44,517 nucleotides of DNA, taken from positions 1 to 44,517 of the forward strand of contig JBBTQJ010000020.1 of assembly GCA_038065755.1 (NCBI GenBank), written 5' to 3'. The notes beneath the pieces were generated by a model. The model saw nothing but the letters and a program-made list of their open reading frames with translations, was not told the DNA's origin and searched no databases. Made by a program: the position numbers and the translations under genes. Shown here piece after piece: positions 1 to 8,641 of the stretch. The stretch's first letter is position 1. The number at the start of each line of letters is the position of its first letter. The DNA is from Patescibacteria group bacterium (GTDB lineage: Bacteria; Patescibacteriota; Minisyncoccia; Minisyncoccales; Staskawiczbacteraceae).

Positions 1-120
1 TTCAGCGAAACACTAATTTGAAAAGAACAACGAGGGAACAACTTTGTTTAAGTGATTTTAAATCACATTCATATCTAAGTTCCCTCTTTGGAATCCCGTC
101 TAAGCGGGGCTCCAAAAAAG

Positions 121-314
121 GGGCGAGACACTTTTTTTTATAGTTTTTTTTAAACAAGCCCTAGACAGTCTCGCCCATATACGAAAAGAGCAAAGAAGAA
201 TAAGACACCTCGACACTAGTTTTTTAAAACAGCTGAAGTTTAGTCTTATCCTTAAAGAAGCAATCGGACACCGAGGGGGTAGTTTTTTAAAAAAAACATT
301 AGATCTCAAGTCCG
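121..314 (-). repeat. three tandem 50-56 nt hairpin modules (121-176, 200-249, 265-314); candidate structured ncRNA or 5' leader
   Basis: Stems gggcgagac/gtctcgccc, ataagac/gtcttat and cggac/gtccg differ in sequence but stay complementary. The loops share GACAC-N8-TAGTTTTTT(TT)AAA. TTGACG (350-355 rc) plus extended -10 TGTTATTTT (327-335 rc) point a minus-strand transcript into the array. Confidence 0.5.
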
Positions 315-379
315 CTTGTACTTATCAAAATAACATAAATAATTTACTGCGTCAACTTGCGCCGCAATTTTTATCGCAT

Positions 380-414
380 AATAAAATACACCCGTGCGCT
401 AGTGCGCGGGTGTA
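380..414 (-). terminator. intrinsic terminator downstream of mraY
   Basis: GC hairpin tacacccgtgcgc/gcgcgggtgta (387-414), followed on the minus strand by TTTTATT. Confidence 0.6.
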
Positions 415-442
415 TTTGCCACACAATACGCTCAACGAATAA

Positions 443-1537
443 TTAATTAAGCAGGCGGATGGCTGTTCCTATGATGGCCAGCACAATGCCGATAATCCAA
501 AAACGCATTGTTATTTTATACTGGGGCCAGCCAATGGCTTCGAGGTGATGATGAATAGGAGAGGAAAGAAAAATTTTCTTTTTTCTAAATTTTTTAGATA
601 AAAGCTGTAAAATTATAGAGCCGGTTTCAATTACCAAAAGGCCGGCAATAATAGGCAGAACAAAAACCGAATCAGTTAAAAAAGCAACAACAGACATTAC
701 CGTTGTAAGTCCTAAAATTCCGGTTTCGCCCATATAAAAACGGGCTGGCGGAATATTAAACCATAAAAAAGCAAATAATGTCCCCACAATAACCGCGCAA
801 AAAGCCGCCAAGTCAACCTTTCCCTGAGAAAAAGCGATAATTGTAAAAGCTCCAAAAATTGAGGCAAACGTCCCACCGGCTAAGCCGTCTAATCCGTCTA
901 TTATACCCCCCGACCAGCAGGCAATCATCACAACAATAAAAAGGGGAATATAAAAAAATCCCAAAGAAACCGGTCCAAGTAAAGGAATAGTTATTACATC
1001 CCATCCTAATTTCTGATAAAACCAAATACTGCCTATCAGCCCAATAAGGGTAATGATTAAAAGTCTTTTTTTAAGAGAAAGTCCGCCGCCAATATATTTG
1101 CCCACTAAAGTTTTTCCAAAAAAAAGCCTGCCAGACGAATTAGAAACAACCAAGATATCGTCTACAAGCCCTAATACCGAAGCAGATATCAAAGTAAAAA
1201 AAGGCAGCCAGGTTTGACTTCTTGATAAAAAATTAAGTTGCGATATTCTAGAATTAGGAAATATCAAAGAAAGCAAAAAAAATAAAAATATCATTGCAGT
1301 TGTCGTAATCCATATTAATAATCCTCCCATGCGCGGCGCCCTTGTTTCTCTTTCTTTGTGCAAACTGTTAAAAACAGTGGCCTCTTCTCCGCTTATTGTT
1401 TTTGTTCTTGCCTCCTTTTTCCAAAGTTTATGTTTATATAAAAAATTAATCAGCAAAGGGCACCAAAAAACAGCTGCAACAGAAGCCATAGCCGCCAATC
1501 CTAAAACTTTAATAATATTAAAAGTAAAAAAAGTCAT
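443..1537 (-). CDS. mraY: phospho-N-acetylmuramoyl-pentapeptide transferase
   Basis: 364 aa polytopic membrane protein with the DGLDGLAGG motif and overall MraY-like sequence. Confidence 0.9.
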   Translation of the reverse strand: MTFFTFNIIKVLGLAAMASVAAVFWCPLLINFLYKHKLWKKEARTKTISGEEATVFNSLHKERETRAPRMGGLLIWITTTAMIFLFFLLSLIFPNSRISQLNFLSRSQTWLPFFTLISASVLGLVDDILVVSNSSGRLFFGKTLVGKYIGGGLSLKKRLLIITLIGLIGSIWFYQKLGWDVITIPLLGPVSLGFFYIPLFIVVMIACWSGGIIDGLDGLAGGTFASIFGAFTIIAFSQGKVDLAAFCAVIVGTLFAFLWFNIPPARFYMGETGILGLTTVMSVVAFLTDSVFVLPIIAGLLVIETGSIILQLLSKKFRKKKIFLSSPIHHHLEAIGWPQYKITMRFWIIGIVLAIIGTAIRLLN

Positions 1538-1540
1538 TTT

Positions 1541-2521
1541 TTATTGCCACTTATACGCTGTTTCCACCCACTCAATCATTTTTTTCATTTCTAAAAATCT
1601 GTCGTTTGACCCCAAAATTACATTTATCAGATAACTGCCCTTTTTTGAATTTTTAACAGCCAAAAGAAGGCATTCTTTGGCGTCTTCGGTAAAGCCGGTT
1701 TTTCCTGCCACCGCTTCTGGAATATCTACGTCTAATAAAAGCTTATTGGTGTTTATAAGTTTTTTATACAAACTATTGTCTTCGTTATATAAATCAAATT
1801 CCTTTGTTCTGCTGATTTCTGCAATTACGGGATAATTATTTAAAAAATATTTTGTTAAAATGATTAAATCTTCGGCTGTGGAATAATTTTCTTTATCTAA
1901 TCCCGTTGAATCAATAAAATAAGTGTTTTTAAGCCCTATGGCCATTGCTTTTTTATTCATCAGGTCCACAAACTTTCCGTCTTCCATTGCTTCTGACAAA
2001 CTATATGATGCATGATTACTTGATTCAATAAGCATTAAATATAAAAGATTTTCCACAGACATATTTTTAACTGCAATCAACGGCCCCTGTTCGTCGGTTT
2101 TCATTGTTGTTTCCTCGCTGATTGCTATTTCTTCAGACAAGTCATAATTTTCCAAAGAAACAATGGCTGTCATCAGTTTTGCAAGGCTGGCTATAGTCAG
2201 TTTTTTTTGTTCGTCTTTTTTAAAAAGAATTTTATCTGGATTTTTAAGGTCGGTTTCAACCGATATAGCTGATTCTGAATCAATTTTCAGATCCTCTATC
2301 TGCCAGTTTCTTAACGGCAACTGGCTTTCTTCAAAAACTTTTTGCTGAACAGATGCCGCGTTGCCGGAAATGTTTCCCAAAAAAATATCTTTTTTTTGCC
2401 GGCTTATTTTCCATTCGGAAAAATCTATCAAGCCGTCAAAAAACCACTGCATCCCCCACCCTAAAATTAAAACGCATATGCAAAAAAAGAAAAAATTTTT
2501 GAACAAATTTTTATAATTCAT
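1541..2521 (-). CDS. serine-type D-Ala-D-Ala carboxypeptidase (PBP5-like, S11)
   Basis: N-terminal TM segment; SxxK (SLAK), SxN (SSN) and KTG (KTGFT) motifs. Confidence 0.8.
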   Translation of the reverse strand: MNYKNLFKNFFFFCICVLILGWGMQWFFDGLIDFSEWKISRQKKDIFLGNISGNAASVQQKVFEESQLPLRNWQIEDLKIDSESAISVETDLKNPDKILFKKDEQKKLTIASLAKLMTAIVSLENYDLSEEIAISEETTMKTDEQGPLIAVKNMSVENLLYLMLIESSNHASYSLSEAMEDGKFVDLMNKKAMAIGLKNTYFIDSTGLDKENYSTAEDLIILTKYFLNNYPVIAEISRTKEFDLYNEDNSLYKKLINTNKLLLDVDIPEAVAGKTGFTEDAKECLLLAVKNSKKGSYLINVILGSNDRFLEMKKMIEWVETAYKWQ

Positions 2522-2627
2522 TTTTTATTTTTTTTACGTTTTTCAGAAATTTTAAGTTGCGCTAATTTTATAAAAGTTACTAAAATAACAAGTCCGTATA
2601 TTATAGGTTTTATTGACTTTGCGCTGA

Positions 2628-4100
2628 TCATTTTTTAGCTGGCCTTTTTGCGGGCTTTTTTGCTTTATCTAATTTTTTCGCTTTTGTATTTGTAATAGAA
2701 ACCGTCTTAATCTGCAATTCTTTTAATTGTTTTATATCAACCTCCGAGGGGGCTTGCATCATTAAATCTGTAGCGTCTCCTGTTTTTGGAAACGCAATAA
2801 CTTCGCGAATTGACGGCTCGTTGTTTAAAATCATTAAAAATCTGTCTATACCTGGGGCAATTCCGCCGTGGGGCGGCGCGCCATATTTAAAAGCCTCCAG
2901 CATGTGGGAAAATTGGTTTTTTTGTTCACTGGTGAATCCAATCAAATTAAAAATTTTATTTTGTATTTTTGGATCGTGAATTCTGATGCTCCCGCCTCCA
3001 ATTTCGTAACCGTTTAAAATAAAATCGTGCTGATATGACTTGGCTTTCAATGGATCTGAATCAAGCAATGAAACATCTTCTTTTTTGGGGGCTGTAAACA
3101 TATGATGCGAAGGCGCTAATTTTTCGCCCGCTCCATAGAAAAAATCTTCTTTAGTCTGTTGCACAAAGAGCGGAAAGTCAACAACAAATGCAAACGCCAA
3201 TTCGTTTGGATCGTTTTTATTTTTTCTCAAGTCTGGCTTATCGCTATTGTACTTTTTTATCACCTCGGAATAAGGAATGCGCGGAAAAGGAACTTGCTGG
3301 ATTTTCTTTTCTGGAGCTATTATTTTTACGATTGCTGTGTATAATCTTTCTATTAAATCTAAAATATCTTCCTGATCTACAAAGCTCATTTCAAGGTCTA
3401 ATTGGGTAAATTCTGGCTGTCTGTCTCCCCTGGGGTCTTCGTCTCTGAAACACCTGGCTATTTGAAAATATTTTTCAAATCCTGCAACTTGCAAAAGTTG
3501 TTTATATTGCTGAGGAGATTGCGGAAGCGCATAAAACTTACCGTGATTTAATCTTGAAGGAACTAAATAATCTCTTGCTCCTTCTGGCGTTGGTTTTGTT
3601 AAAATTGGCGTTTCAATTTCAATAAAACCTTCTTTGTCCAAAAAATCCCTGATAAATTTTATAACTTTATGTCGCGCAATAAGATTGTTTTTCATTCTTT
3701 CCCGCCTTAAATCCAAATATCTGTATTTCATTCTGACCTCTTCTCCAATATCGTAACCGTCTCCTTCAATAGACAGGGGCAAGGTTTCTGCTTTTGATAA
3801 AACATTTAAAGATTCCACAGAAAGCTCAACCTGGCCTGTTTCCATTTTTGGATTTACCATTTGCTCGGGCCTTTTGACAATTTGGCCGATAATTTCCACC
3901 ACCCACTCGGGCCTTAATTGGCCGGCCAATTCATAGGTTTCTTTGTTTGAAGGGGTAAAAACCGTCTGCAAAATTCCGCTTCTGTCTCTAAGGTCAATGA
4001 ATAAAATTTTACCATGGGCCCTTCTGCTGTTTACCCACCCTGCCACTTTCACTTTTTCTCCGATATGTTTTGCTGTTTCGTTTATTAAAAACCTGTACAT
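2628..4100 (-). CDS. aspS: aspartyl-tRNA synthetase, bacterial-type core without a GAD insertion, Lys-rich C-terminal tail
   Basis: OB-fold N-terminus; class II motif 2 (FRDEDPRGDRQPEFTQLD); motif 3 (GIAPGIDRF). SDKPDLR runs almost directly into VVDFPLF. Confidence 0.9.
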   Translation of the reverse strand: MYRFLINETAKHIGEKVKVAGWVNSRRAHGKILFIDLRDRSGILQTVFTPSNKETYELAGQLRPEWVVEIIGQIVKRPEQMVNPKMETGQVELSVESLNVLSKAETLPLSIEGDGYDIGEEVRMKYRYLDLRRERMKNNLIARHKVIKFIRDFLDKEGFIEIETPILTKPTPEGARDYLVPSRLNHGKFYALPQSPQQYKQLLQVAGFEKYFQIARCFRDEDPRGDRQPEFTQLDLEMSFVDQEDILDLIERLYTAIVKIIAPEKKIQQVPFPRIPYSEVIKKYNSDKPDLRKNKNDPNELAFAFVVDFPLFVQQTKEDFFYGAGEKLAPSHHMFTAPKKEDVSLLDSDPLKAKSYQHDFILNGYEIGGGSIRIHDPKIQNKIFNLIGFTSEQKNQFSHMLEAFKYGAPPHGGIAPGIDRFLMILNNEPSIREVIAFPKTGDATDLMMQAPSEVDIKQLKELQIKTVSITNTKAKKLDKAKKPAKRPAKK

Positions 4101-4104
4101 AAAA

Positions 4105-5325
4105 TTATGAATTTTTTATTTTAATTTTTATAAATCTTCTTTTTCCGACCCTAATTATCTCTTTGTCTTTAATATATATTTCTTTTTTCCAATCAGTAAT
4201 TATCTCTTCTTTCCCGTCGGTGATTACGGCCGTACTGCCAGCATTAATCAACCTTTTTGCTTCGTTTTTTGACGGCGCCAACTTTGTGTCGCACAATAAA
4301 CCTAAAATAGAATAGATTTTTTTATCTGTTTCAAAAATTTCAATTTCCGAGGGTGTTTGCTTATCTCTGAAAATTTTATTGAATTCTTCTTCTGCTTTCA
4401 GCGCTTCTTTTTCTCCGTGATAAATTTTTACAACCTCTCTTGCCAATATGCTTTTTATATCTCGGGGAGAAGTTAAAAATTTTTGTTTTTCTTCTTTTAT
4501 TTTTTCTATTTCTTCTAAAGACATATCTGTTAGTAAATTAAAATATTTCCACATTAATTCATCTGGCAAAGACATAACCTTACTATACATTTGAAACGAG
4601 GATTCGTTTAGTCCAATATAATTTCCGTAGCTCTTGCTCATTTTTTTAACCCCATCGGTGCCCTCGAGAAGAGGAAGCGTAATAATATCCTGCTCTTGTA
4701 TATTGTATTTTTTTTGAACTTTTCTTCCCATAAGTAGATTAAACTTTTGATCTCTTCCGCCTATTTCTACATCCGATTTTAACTCAACTGAATCGTATCC
4801 TTGCAATAGAGGATAAATAAGCTCTAACATGCTTACATCTATGTCATTTTTGATTCGTTCTTTAAAGTCGTCTCTTTCTATAACTCTGGCAAATGTAAAT
4901 TTTGAGAATAACTCCATTAAAAACGCTACGCCCTTCTTTTTATACCATTCGTTATTATATCTTATTTCTGCTTTTTTTATTTCTAAAATCTTACTCGCTT
5001 GCCTTATGTAATCTTTCATGTTTTGTTTTACCTGTTTTTCCGTAAGCAGTTGTCTTTGAGCCGCCCTTCCGGAAGGATCGCCAATTGTAGCGGTAAAATC
5101 GCCTATAAGTAAAATAACTTTGTGGCCAATATCCTGAAATTGCCTTAATTTTTTAAGAGGTATAGAATGACCAATGTGCAAATCTGGAGATGTAGGATCA
5201 ATACCAAATTTAACTCTTAATTGCCTTCCTGACTTCAATTCTTTCTCTAGGTGATTTTTATCTATAATTTCGTCTACTCCCCTATTTAATATCTCCTCTA
5301 TTTTTTTTGCGTCTGTGTTTATCAT
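4105..5325 (-). CDS. tyrS: tyrosyl-tRNA synthetase
   Basis: HIGH (HIGH at DLHIGHS) and KMSKS motifs; S4-like C-terminus. Stop lies 4 nt before the aspS start. Confidence 0.9.
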   Translation of the reverse strand: MINTDAKKIEEILNRGVDEIIDKNHLEKELKSGRQLRVKFGIDPTSPDLHIGHSIPLKKLRQFQDIGHKVILLIGDFTATIGDPSGRAAQRQLLTEKQVKQNMKDYIRQASKILEIKKAEIRYNNEWYKKKGVAFLMELFSKFTFARVIERDDFKERIKNDIDVSMLELIYPLLQGYDSVELKSDVEIGGRDQKFNLLMGRKVQKKYNIQEQDIITLPLLEGTDGVKKMSKSYGNYIGLNESSFQMYSKVMSLPDELMWKYFNLLTDMSLEEIEKIKEEKQKFLTSPRDIKSILAREVVKIYHGEKEALKAEEEFNKIFRDKQTPSEIEIFETDKKIYSILGLLCDTKLAPSKNEAKRLINAGSTAVITDGKEEIITDWKKEIYIKDKEIIRVGKRRFIKIKIKNS

Positions 5326-5392
5326 ATTTTTTATTATATCTATATACTTATCATTATACCTGTTTTATAAAAAAATAAAATAACTATCCAAG

Positions 5393-5420
5393 ATTGACAT
5401 AAAACGCAAAACGGGTATAA
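5393..5420 (+). promoter_or_regulatory. near-consensus sigma70-type promoter
   Basis: TTGACA (5393-5398), 16-nt spacer, TATAAT (5415-5420), upstream of the 83-aa ORF. Confidence 0.6.
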
Positions 5421-5502
5421 TTAAAATTATTCTAAATAAATCTGCGTATGATTTGTTTGGAATAAATTGCTCTTTCCCAACTTTTTTTGAAAGGAATCTA
5501 AG

Positions 5503-5754
5503 ATGGGATCGTCAAGATTAAATGTTAAAAAAAAACAAAAACAGGAAAAAGAGGTTGAACTTCCAAATCAATGCTTAGGCAACCGTAAAGATGGCGGACG
5601 GTGTAAAAAAAGACTTCCAGAAAACATACACTTATGCAATAGTCACCAAAAAATATTTAATGCAGCCGGTAAAATGGAGATGCAAATGTCATTTGCCGGC
5701 GGAAACCACCGTCGTGTTTTAAAAAACCCTTCAGATCCCAGCTCCGAAATTTAA
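5503..5754 (+). CDS. small Lys-rich Cys/His (zinc-ribbon-like) protein
   Basis: 83 aa with C-x9-C-x12-C-x2-H spacing, its own promoter and terminator, and AAAGGAAT before the ATG. Confidence 0.5.
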   Translation: MGSSRLNVKKKQKQEKEVELPNQCLGNRKDGGRCKKRLPENIHLCNSHQKIFNAAGKMEMQMSFAGGNHRRVLKNPSDPSSEI

Positions 5755-5786
5755 AGTACAGTGAAATTCCTTTCTTCATATTTTAT

Positions 5787-5812
5787 GCCGGCGCTTTGTC
5801 GGCTTTTTTTTA
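5787..5812 (+). terminator. intrinsic terminator
   Basis: gccggc-gcttt-gtcggc hairpin followed by a 9-T run. Confidence 0.65.
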
Positions 5813-5827
5813 TATAAAACTAAAACC

Positions 5828-7159
5828 TTAAAACCTGTCTGCTAATTTATAAATATCGCCGGCGCCCATTATTATTAAAACATCTATTTCTTTTATGTTT
5901 TTTTTAACAAAACTTTCAATTTCATTTGTCGCACAATAAAAAATGCTCTTCCGATGAATTTTTTCAACAAGTTTTTGCGAATTTATTTTCCTGCTTATTC
6001 CTTTTTCTTCCCGGCCGGCAACGTCATAAATATCAGTGATTATAATGTTGTCAACCGGCGCCAAGCGAAAAACTTTAACAAAATCCAAAAATAAATAATG
6101 TGTTCTCTGGCGCTGGTGCGGTTGAAAAACGCACAAAATTTTCTTGTTTAAATACTTTTCTCTTGCGGCTTTCAACGTTGCCGAAATTTCATTGGGATGA
6201 TGGGCATAATCGGAAATAACTATTATTTTTTTGCCGTTAACTTTGGCTTTTTTCTCTTCAAACCTTCTCCATGTTCCTTTAAATTCTGAAAGCGCTTTAA
6301 AAATTGTTTTATCTGGAATTTTTAATATCCTTGATGCCTGCAAAGTGGCTAAAGCATTAGAAACATTATGCTGTCCGGGAACTTTTATAATCTTTTTTAT
6401 TTTTTTTGTTTCATTGTCGTTGCGGGCGAAGCGAAACAATCTCAACCGCGGGGATTGCTTTATCGCTGCGCTCCTCGCAATGACGCTTAAATTTTTATCG
6501 TCGCCGTTAAAAACTAAAAATCCGTCTGCCGGCAGCCGCATAATAAAATTTTTAAATGCTTTTTTGACATTGGCAAACGATTTAAAATAATCCAAGTGTT
6601 CTTTGTCTATATTTGTAATCACAATTATATTAGGCGAATAATGCAAAAAAGAAGAGTCATATTCGCATGCCTCAATTACTAAAAACCTGCCCTTTCCATT
6701 CCTAAAATTACCGCCCCCGAACTCTTTGACTTTTGTGCCTACAATAACAGTAGGGTCAAGCCCGGCCTTAATCAAAACCAGAGCAATTATTGCGGTTGTG
6801 GTGCTTTTGCCGTGAGCTCCCGCAACAGCAACGGTAAAATATTGTTTTGTCAGCTCGCCAAGCGCTTGGGGATAGCTTTGCATTTTAATGCCCAATTTTT
6901 TTGCTTTTTTATATTCTAAATTATCAGATTTTACTGCCGGACTGTAAACAACTAAATCAATATCTGGCTTAATATTTTCTGCTTTTTGCCCGATATTTAT
7001 TTTTATTCTTTTGTCCGCCCGTAGGGGCAGGTTTTTCAAAAAATCTGTAGTTTCTGAAGCAGCCAAATCAGACCCCGAAACTTCGTGGCCTTTTGAAAAA
7101 TAATACTGAGCCAAAGCCGACACCCCAATCCCCCCAATGCCAATAAAATATATCTTCAT
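5828..7159 (-). CDS. murC: UDP-N-acetylmuramate--L-alanine ligase carrying an in-frame palindromic-repeat insertion
   Basis: N-terminal GIGGIGVS Rossmann motif; GAHGKSTT P-loop; Mur ligase middle and C-terminal domains. Repeat-encoded segment IARSAAIKQSPRLRLFRFARNDN. Confidence 0.9.
   Translation of the reverse strand: MKIYFIGIGGIGVSALAQYYFSKGHEVSGSDLAASETTDFLKNLPLRADKRIKINIGQKAENIKPDIDLVVYSPAVKSDNLEYKKAKKLGIKMQSYPQALGELTKQYFTVAVAGAHGKSTTTAIIALVLIKAGLDPTVIVGTKVKEFGGGNFRNGKGRFLVIEACEYDSSFLHYSPNIIVITNIDKEHLDYFKSFANVKKAFKNFIMRLPADGFLVFNGDDKNLSVIARSAAIKQSPRLRLFRFARNDNETKKIKKIIKVPGQHNVSNALATLQASRILKIPDKTIFKALSEFKGTWRRFEEKKAKVNGKKIIVISDYAHHPNEISATLKAAREKYLNKKILCVFQPHQRQRTHYLFLDFVKVFRLAPVDNIIITDIYDVAGREEKGISRKINSQKLVEKIHRKSIFYCATNEIESFVKKNIKEIDVLIIMGAGDIYKLADRF
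6411..6485. repeat. 'cgcaatgac' imperfect palindromic element, copy inside murC
   Basis: tcattgtcgttgcgggcgaagcgaaacaatc ... gattgctttatcgctgcgctcctcgcaatgacg. Its arms match those of the element at 31610-31692. Confidence 0.8.
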
Positions 7160-7177
7160 AAATATATTATAGTTATT

Positions 7178-7771
7178 TTAATCTTTTAAAATATGCGATT
7201 CTAAAATTGTATAAACTGGCCCTCCGCGTTTTAATTCTGACTCCATTATTTCAACAGATTCAACAGAAAACAATAAATCTATATTTTCATCAACTTCCGG
7301 CCTTTCTTCGGGCTCAATTTTTTTCCATTCCCATTCTAAAATTCTGGCCAAAGTGGCATGTGGAACAAACTTTCTGTTTTCTGGCGTAAAACGGACCGAC
7401 TCTAATAATGACTCTTGCAAATCATTTTTCAAATCGGCCAGCTCTTTAACATCTTGGCCTATTGCCCAAATCATTTTCGGGGTTTTCGGGGTCAGACGAG
7501 GGTCAGACCCCGGCCTGACCCCGCCGTATGCAATTTTATTTAGATTTATTGAAAAAGAGCCGTATCTCTTGGCTACTTCTTTTACAACCATGCAAACTTC
7601 GCCCAATTCCTCGTCTGTTAAATAACCCAAAAACTCCAGAGTAATATGAATATTCTCCTGGCTCACCCATTTTGCCGGAAGCTCCTGCCATTTTTTTTGG
7701 TAAGAAGCCAACTTTTTTTTAACATCTTCGGGTAAATTTATAGCAATAAAAATCCGATGTCTTTTGTTCAT
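7178..7771 (-). CDS. thpR: RNA 2',3'-cyclic phosphodiesterase / 2'-5' RNA ligase family (2H)
   Basis: Two HxT motifs (HITLEFLG, HATLARI); 197 aa. Confidence 0.8.
   Translation of the reverse strand: MNKRHRIFIAINLPEDVKKKLASYQKKWQELPAKWVSQENIHITLEFLGYLTDEELGEVCMVVKEVAKRYGSFSINLNKIAYGGVRPGSDPRLTPKTPKMIWAIGQDVKELADLKNDLQESLLESVRFTPENRKFVPHATLARILEWEWKKIEPEERPEVDENIDLLFSVESVEIMESELKRGGPVYTILESHILKD
7478..7526. repeat. GC-rich hairpin element in-frame inside thpR
   Basis: cggggttttcggggtcagacgagggtcagaccccggcctgaccccgccg. The gggtcag/ctgaccc stem encodes GVRPGSDPRLTPKTP. Confidence 0.6.
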
Positions 7772-7823
7772 AATAATTGAATTTTAACATAAAAAGAGTT
7801 AAAATCAAACCACGAACAAAAAA

Positions 7824-8507
7824 ATGAATAAAGAAATAGCGAAAATTTTTAATGAGATTGCCAAGCTTTTGGAAATCAAGGGCGATAGCGCTTTTCATAT
7901 TTTTCCATATAAAAAAGCGGCCTCATATTTAGAAAATTTGAAAACCGATGTTTTTGAAATTTATAAAGAAAAAGGGGTTGAGGGATTAAAGGTTCCAAAA
8001 ATAATCGGAGATAAAAACGCAAAAAAAATTGAAGAGTATATAAAATCCGCCAGCCATGGCGGGGGCAAAATTAAATATTATGAAGAATTAAAACAAGAGA
8101 CGGCCATAAAACAGATAATAACCCAATACTTTAAATCCAAGGGATTATCCTTGCAAGAACTGAAAGAAAATGCTAAAAAGAGAAAGATAATATATTCCAG
8201 ATTCACCAAACCCGCAAAACAGCTTTTGGAGCTGGCCGGTTCAATTGAAAAAGCAATAGAGGCCTTAAACAAGGTGGCTGAATGGGCAAATACAAGAAAA
8301 CTAGACTACGCCATTGAAACAGTTTTTAAAAAATGGCTGGAATTAGACCGTTTAAAACCTAAAGAAATTGTGAAAAAACCATTTTACAAAGGCGACCCTA
8401 TGGTTTGGTCAGAATCAAAGAAAAAATGGTTTGTCATTTCCAAATACGGCGAGTGGCTGGAATTTGCCGACAAAAAAGAAACCATAGAGTGGCGAGTAAT
8501 TGAATAA
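7824..8507 (+). CDS. hypothetical protein with PolX-like N-terminal helix-hairpin-helix segment
   Basis: NKEIAKIFNEIAKLLEIKGDSAFHIFPYKKAA resembles the PolX/Pol-beta 8-kDa domain. The rest is not recognised. Confidence 0.5.
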   Translation: MNKEIAKIFNEIAKLLEIKGDSAFHIFPYKKAASYLENLKTDVFEIYKEKGVEGLKVPKIIGDKNAKKIEEYIKSASHGGGKIKYYEELKQETAIKQIITQYFKSKGLSLQELKENAKKRKIIYSRFTKPAKQLLELAGSIEKAIEALNKVAEWANTRKLDYAIETVFKKWLELDRLKPKEIVKKPFYKGDPMVWSESKKKWFVISKYGEWLEFADKKETIEWRVIE

Positions 8508-8520
8508 ATAACTTTTGATT

Positions 8521-8626
8521 AGTCAGAAAATGTAATTTTGAAAGACCCCCACAGCCCCGCCCCAGCGGGGCGAGGACAGAGCCCCGCCAAGGCGGGGCGT
8601 GTCTGAAAAAATTACATTTTCTGACT
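8521..8626. repeat. 106-bp compound palindrome (19-bp perfect outer stem plus two GC hairpins)
   Basis: agtcagaaaatgtaatttt (8521-8539) pairs with aaaattacattttctgact (8608-8626). Inner hairpins gccccgc-ccca-gcggggc and gccccgcc-aa-ggcggggc. Confidence 0.8.
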
Positions 8627-8641
8627 AAAATTATTTAAACT

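Noticed and set aside
1-100. Possible end of a known structured RNA (tmRNA, RNase P or SRP)
   Set aside because: It has hairpins (gagggaac...gttccctc, gtgattt-t-aaatcac) but none of the conserved signature sequences of those RNAs that I could recognise. It is truncated by the window edge.
100-309. 69-aa minus-strand ORF from the track
   Set aside because: It runs straight through three tandem hairpin repeats, has no SD and has a low-complexity basic composition. It is better explained as non-coding structured DNA or RNA.
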